Of a stretch of DNA of 64,000 nucleotides, positions 59,414-64,000 are shown piece by piece. A program made the translations under genes and the position numbers. The stretch is taken from assembly GCF_052425735.1 (NCBI RefSeq), contig NC_135767.1, forward strand, positions 6,138,001-6,202,000. The letters run 5' to 3'. The notes below the pieces were generated by a model. That model worked only from the letters and a program-made list of their open reading frames with translations, was not told the origin of the DNA and did no database searches. How positions within the stretch are numbered: the stretch's first letter is position 1; every line of letters starts with the position of its first letter. The DNA comes from Oculina patagonica. Taxonomy: Eukaryota.

Positions 59414-62400
59414 TATTTATATAGCGCCAATATCCTTAAAGTTCAAAAGCGCTTTACAGAAGTAACGTTAAAAATATTAAAACACTATTAAAAAATAAAA
59501 AATAAATATAAAAACAGTTAAAAGGTTACAAAAAATGCTTAAAATCTTAGACTAATAAAAAATGTTGCTAAAAAGTTATAAAAATGCTTTTTTAAAAAGG
59601 AGAGTTTTAAGTTAATGTTTAAAAAGGGACACTGAGGAGCTGTTCTTAATGTCAGAAGGTAGAGTATTCCAGAGTGTAGGAGCTGCCACAGAGAAAGATC
59701 TTGCGCCATATGTTTTCAAATTGAAATGCGGAATAGAAAGAAGGTCTTTTGAAGATGAGCGTAGCTGACGAGGTGGAGTGTAAGGAGTAAGGAGGTCGCG
59801 AACGTATGAAGGTGCCATATCATTTAGAGCCTTGTACGTGATGAGTAGACATTTTACTCTCACAGTGCCTCTCTCCACCCAAGTGTATAAATGGGTACTG
59901 GTAGCAAAATAATTCTGGGGGTAACCCTGTGCTGTATATCCAGGGGGAGTAGAAATACTCCTAGCCATTTAATGCTACAGAAACTGGGATAAGGTATAGG
60001 TATTAACAGATCATTTTTTTAAAAACTGCAAATAATAGACTGTCTCCATGTTTTTCATTTAATAGGTAATCCGAAGGCTGAGAGAAAGAGGAGAACCAAT
60101 CAGATTGTTTGGTGAAAGTGATGAGGAGGCTTGTCAAAGGCTAAGGTTAATGACAGATAATTATAGTTTATTTAGTACTGTTAACTTTCAAAAAATTAAT
60201 ACTTTCACCCTTCCACTTAAAAAATAAACTTTTACCACCTTCCCCCTCTCTGTCCCCCTGCCAAAAAAACTATTACTTTAAGAGAAATTTGATTTTCATT
60301 TGACAACTGTGGAGCTGTTAGACTTATCCCCACTGTAATATGTTTCTCCCTCTATTACGTTTAATTTTCAGTTGAAATGTTCATTAATACCCCCCATCCC
60401 CAGTCCCCCTCTGTTATCCCCCTCCTCCCAATATTGTTAACCGAGATAAATTTCTGACCAGAAAGAATTAGTTTGTGGTAGTTAACCCTATGATATGACC
60501 ATGTCCCCTCCCCCTCCTCCCACTGTAAGAACACATAAGTCTTGCCCTCCCAGGATCTTAATAACAGTCCCAGTGGGCTGGGGGCACACAGGATTTCAAG
60601 TGACAGAGATGATCGAATGATTTTTGGGGGTTTGAAATTTTCGATTCTGGGATTTTTTGGGGTAGGAAAATTTGGCAAGTATTATTTGATTTTATTAGTA
60701 TGGATTTTTTAGGGGTTTTTAAAACAATCTAAAGATTTATGGTAGTGCCTTGGCTGCCTAGTTCTGTGATTGAAGTACAAACGAAAGTGTTTTCCTGTTG
60801 ATTTTTTGAGTTAATTTTGGTCTAGGGATTTTTTTGGCAGTGCTAGGGATTCTTTTGGGTCTTAATTTTTGCCCCCATTCGATCTTCCCTGTCACTTGAA
60901 ACCCAGAGTACCCCCCCCCCCCCTGGTATAACAGTACATTATTTAAGCCCTGAAAATATAAAATGTCATTCTAATTTACAGGAGAATTGAGATGCTTGTT
61001 CCAGAGATTAACAAGGTATATAATTCAAATTCAAGTTCTGTACATGTATTACACACACACACATACACAAAACATGTACCGGTATGTCCTATGTTATATG
61101 TATGTTGTGTGGTTGCGTATGTTTGAATTTGGTTTTTTGTTTGTTTGTTTTTTAATTCGGTTAGTTCTACTTCAACTGGTAAGTTGGAAGAACTCTTGTG
61201 ATGCGACTATAAAAGCAAACTTGATTGTCCTACTGAATGCCGAATTCTGTCAATGATTAGAGAAGAAATTTAGCGTTTCCAAGAGAGAGTGTTTTCTTGA
61301 TGTCAACATGATAAAGTTAAGTTACACAGGCAAGGAGGCCATTGGCAGAAATCACAGAATGTTTCTGTTGATGTTGTCAGAGCAAATTTTCACTTCACTA
61401 CTTAAAATGCTTCTGTGAGAAAAATGCTATCCTGTGTATTTTCTCGCAGAGAAAGCTCCCACACCTGACCCACCATCCTGTGCATAGCCTTCCTTCTCTT
61501 CTTACCATACCGTTAATAAAAGACCCCATCCCAATTTACCATTCCCTTGCAAACTCTGCCTGTGTACTGCTATCCCCTTTTAAATTAAACATCTCTAACT
61601 CTTAGCATGAAAAACTATGTGATGTAACATTTTGTGTACCAGGGTCTAAGGAATGACTTCAAAGCAGCCATGGAAAAGATTGATCAGGAATATTTAGCAG
61701 AGTTAATCAAGCAACAGGTATGTCCTCAGTAAACGCACAGTCTTAATTAAAGACAAGAAGAAATTTTTTTAGTACTGGATGACTCAATAATCTCAGTCTT
61801 TAATAATATATGAAAATATCAAAACACAGTAGAACTGCCGACATCCTCCTGTCCTACAGTCACCCATGTTGCCTTGACCTTTTTTGCTGACAAAAAAACA
61901 ACAACATACATGTATCAAGGTGTCATAGCTCAGTTGGTATGGCAACACACTGGTAGTGCGGAGGTCATTGGTTCAAACCCGTTGTAGCCACACACTGCAA
62001 GGATCACATCATTCATTTCAAAAAAGCTCAGCCAGCCATTTTTTTATAAACTTAAGCACTGGGCACTGTTAATTATATTTATATATAGTCTGATACTTTA
62101 TAGACCTTATACTTTCTGAAGACACACTGTACAATCATGTAATCCAGGATTCAATGAATAGCTTGCATAATTCTCACGATCAGTGTGTAATTACAGTGGA
62201 GTGCTGATTTTTCTGTATCTCCTGATAACTCAAATGAAGAGTCCCTCGCCTTTCCTCAGTTGAACACTGCAATTTTTACGGTCCCCAATTTTTTTAATTT
62301 CCTGACATCTCAAACCAATTTTTGTTTCCCTTGAAGGTTGTAGAAATCATGATTCCAATGTACCGTATCTATTGGGCTATAAGCCAGGACTCTAGCAAAA

Positions 62401-62810
62401 AATAAACCCAAAACACTCAGCTATAAGCCGAGACCCAATTTTTCATTCAAACTATAAAACAATCCATGTGCAGCAAATTTAACATATTTGTTAAATCACA
62501 ACTATGTAATTGAAAAACCAACATTCAAATTCAATTCTTTTCTAGTACCATCCAATTTTTTTCAATGGAAATACTCAGCTTTAGGCTGACCCCCAATTTT
62601 GTTGAGTTTTGACCAGTTCTCAGTAAGACTTGGTGAAGAGATTACTCGGCTTATAGTTGAACAAATACAGTATTAATTTTACCAACAATTGGTAGAAAAT
62701 CAATAAATGACAACGATACATCTTTTATCTAGGGTGGTGAACAACAACGTTCAGAAAGTGAAGAGTCGTCACAAATTGAAGAGGACGGAACAACACTGGA
62801 AGATATCAAG
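56464..62810 (+). CDS. PRPF18: Pre-mRNA splicing factor 18, coding exons 1-8 (continues beyond the window)
   Basis: Exons 56464-56529, 57759-57827, 58366-58386, 59148-59249, 60066-60145, 60982-61015, 61643-61717, 62733-62810, all GT-AG and in phase. They give [14 protein letters not shown]...[10 protein letters not shown]...[21 protein letters not shown]...[32 protein letters not shown], matching the PRPF18 N-terminus and PRP4-like motif. Confidence 0.95.
56975..57605. repeat. About 60-bp tandem repeat (4 units) within an inverted-repeat-bounded element in PRPF18 intron 1
   Basis: tgctaccgc(a/g)gtcc(g/a)cagt... units at about 57044, 57107, 57171 and 57231; inverted copy ggactgcggactgcagtagca at about 57582-57602. 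Confidence 0.7.
59290..59995 (+). mobile_element. SINE split by a LINE fragment
   Basis: ...tgtgttcttgggcaa resumes as gacattttactctcacagtgcctctctccacccaagtgtataaatgggtac at 59848. Related copies at about 40880-41110 (+) and 47530-47740 (-). Confidence 0.7.
59377..59847 (-). mobile_element. 5'-truncated L2/CR1-group LINE 3' end with (TTA)n tail
   Basis: [15 protein letters not shown]...[15 protein letters not shown]...SLFK is typical of the L2/CR1 ORF2 C-terminus; (AAT)n at 59377-59410. Confidence 0.85.
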
Positions 62811-63173
62811 GTAAATATCAACTGTTGGGTTGATAACAGGGAACTTCAGGTCATTCAAGATTTGCACCTATCATTGTTAAGCTCATTGCCCTGTTTTGCA
62901 TTGCGCATCCTTACTGCGCAGAATTTTACGTGTAATTAGCACGCGCACACGCGCACATCAACTAAATGGCGCCTTTTTTCTATGCGGCTTAGTCCGCGAG
63001 AGAAGTAAATTGTCACTTTCTCCTAAACAAGCCTGGTGACCTATCAATTTTTTCTCATATTTTGGGTGTAGCGATCAAATTCTTTCTGTAAAATGAAAAC
63101 AGATCAATTCATGTGTTTGAAAAATAAATTATCGCTAAAAAAGTATACTTTGCCAGTACTCGCAGAGGAATTA

Positions 63174-63590
63174 CCGTCGCTTGCATCTAAGCGTGAACAC
63201 GAGCCGCTGAAACATGATCTAATTGGGTATCAAACATGGCATGTTTCGTCATGAAACATTGAAGTTTAGCAGACCGTAACGACAACTTTCACGCTCAAAA
63301 TGCTCACCATAAACACTGAGAACAGGCGAAACTTTGCACCAGAAGTGATTCAAGTGAACCTGCAAATGCATATCGACACAGATCAGGATCAATTTGTCGA
63401 AGGAAGTCTTGATATCCAATCTTTCCGCCATTTCGACTGTTTCGAAACCAGAATGTGTTGAAGTTTCGGCGCGAAAGTTGCCGTTACGGTCTGCTAAACT
63501 TCAAACGTTTGATGACCAATCATGCCACGTTTGATACCCAATTAGATCATGTTTCGGCGGCACGTGTTCACGCTTAGATGCAAGCGACGG
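63174..63590. mobile_element. TA-flanked MITE with roughly 120-bp TIRs
   Basis: ccgtcgcttgcatctaagcgtgaacacg... is inverted as ...cgtgttcacgcttagatgcaagcgacgg, with TA on both sides. Confidence 0.85.
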
Positions 63591-63757
63591 TATAAATGAA
63601 TTATATGGAATATACATGGTCGTCCTGCTCCTAAACAAATCTGGTGACCCCCCTTTTTTATTTCAAAATTTAAGTTCCCTTGAAGTAATAAACCAGTAGG
63701 CGAAGTTTGGTTAAAAATATTTTTGTTCAGTTTTATTTCGGGGAAATGACCTTAAGC

Positions 63758-63826
63758 TCATTCATTCATTCATTCATTTATTCATTTCAATCATTCATTC
63801 ATCCATTCATTTATTTGTTCATTCAT
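63758..63826. repeat. Imperfect (CATT)n microsatellite
   Basis: Direct inspection. Confidence 0.85.
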
Positions 63827-64000
63827 ATTGGACATCAGTGTAGTTGGATTTGTTAACACTTACATGTGTATAGGGGTGACAAGAGCCCGGGGGAGGGGGG
63901 ACTCCCATATTAAAGGGATGGGGATGCTCGTCGGAAATTTTGAAAAGAACCCCTAAAAGAGACCAATCTGGGTGTGGCTCAAGCTTTTTTAGACCCCTAT

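Noticed and set aside
61919-61990. tRNA-like sequence (tagctcagttggta...ggttcaaaccc)
   Set aside because: The D, anticodon and T stems pair poorly; better explained as a decayed tRNA-derived SINE head than a tRNA gene.

Overview
Eukaryotic (animal) genomic DNA. The GPCR family and the repeat landscape suggest an anthozoan, probably a stony coral (inference). Bases 1-37.7 kb hold a tandem array of ten single-exon, same-strand class A (rhodopsin-like) GPCR paralogs: one cut by the window edge, five intact and four disrupted. Their intracellular parts are nearly identical and their extracellular/pocket-facing segments are highly variable. The array contains a full-length intact L1/Tx1-type LINE (25.2-30.8 kb), a Kolobok-like MITE inside one GPCR, and a 250-bp retrozyme-like insertion (7007-7256). 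That insertion has two identical type I hammerhead ribozymes 181 nt apart and a perfect 13-bp target-site duplication. Bases 38.9-50.9 kb (minus strand) carry a coiled-coil gene of about 22 very short exons that the ORF track misses. It is followed by an intronless, divergent otopetrin-like 12-TM gene (minus) arranged head-to-head with PRPF18 (plus; first 8 coding exons, continuing past the window). MITEs and SINEs fill the introns and spacers.
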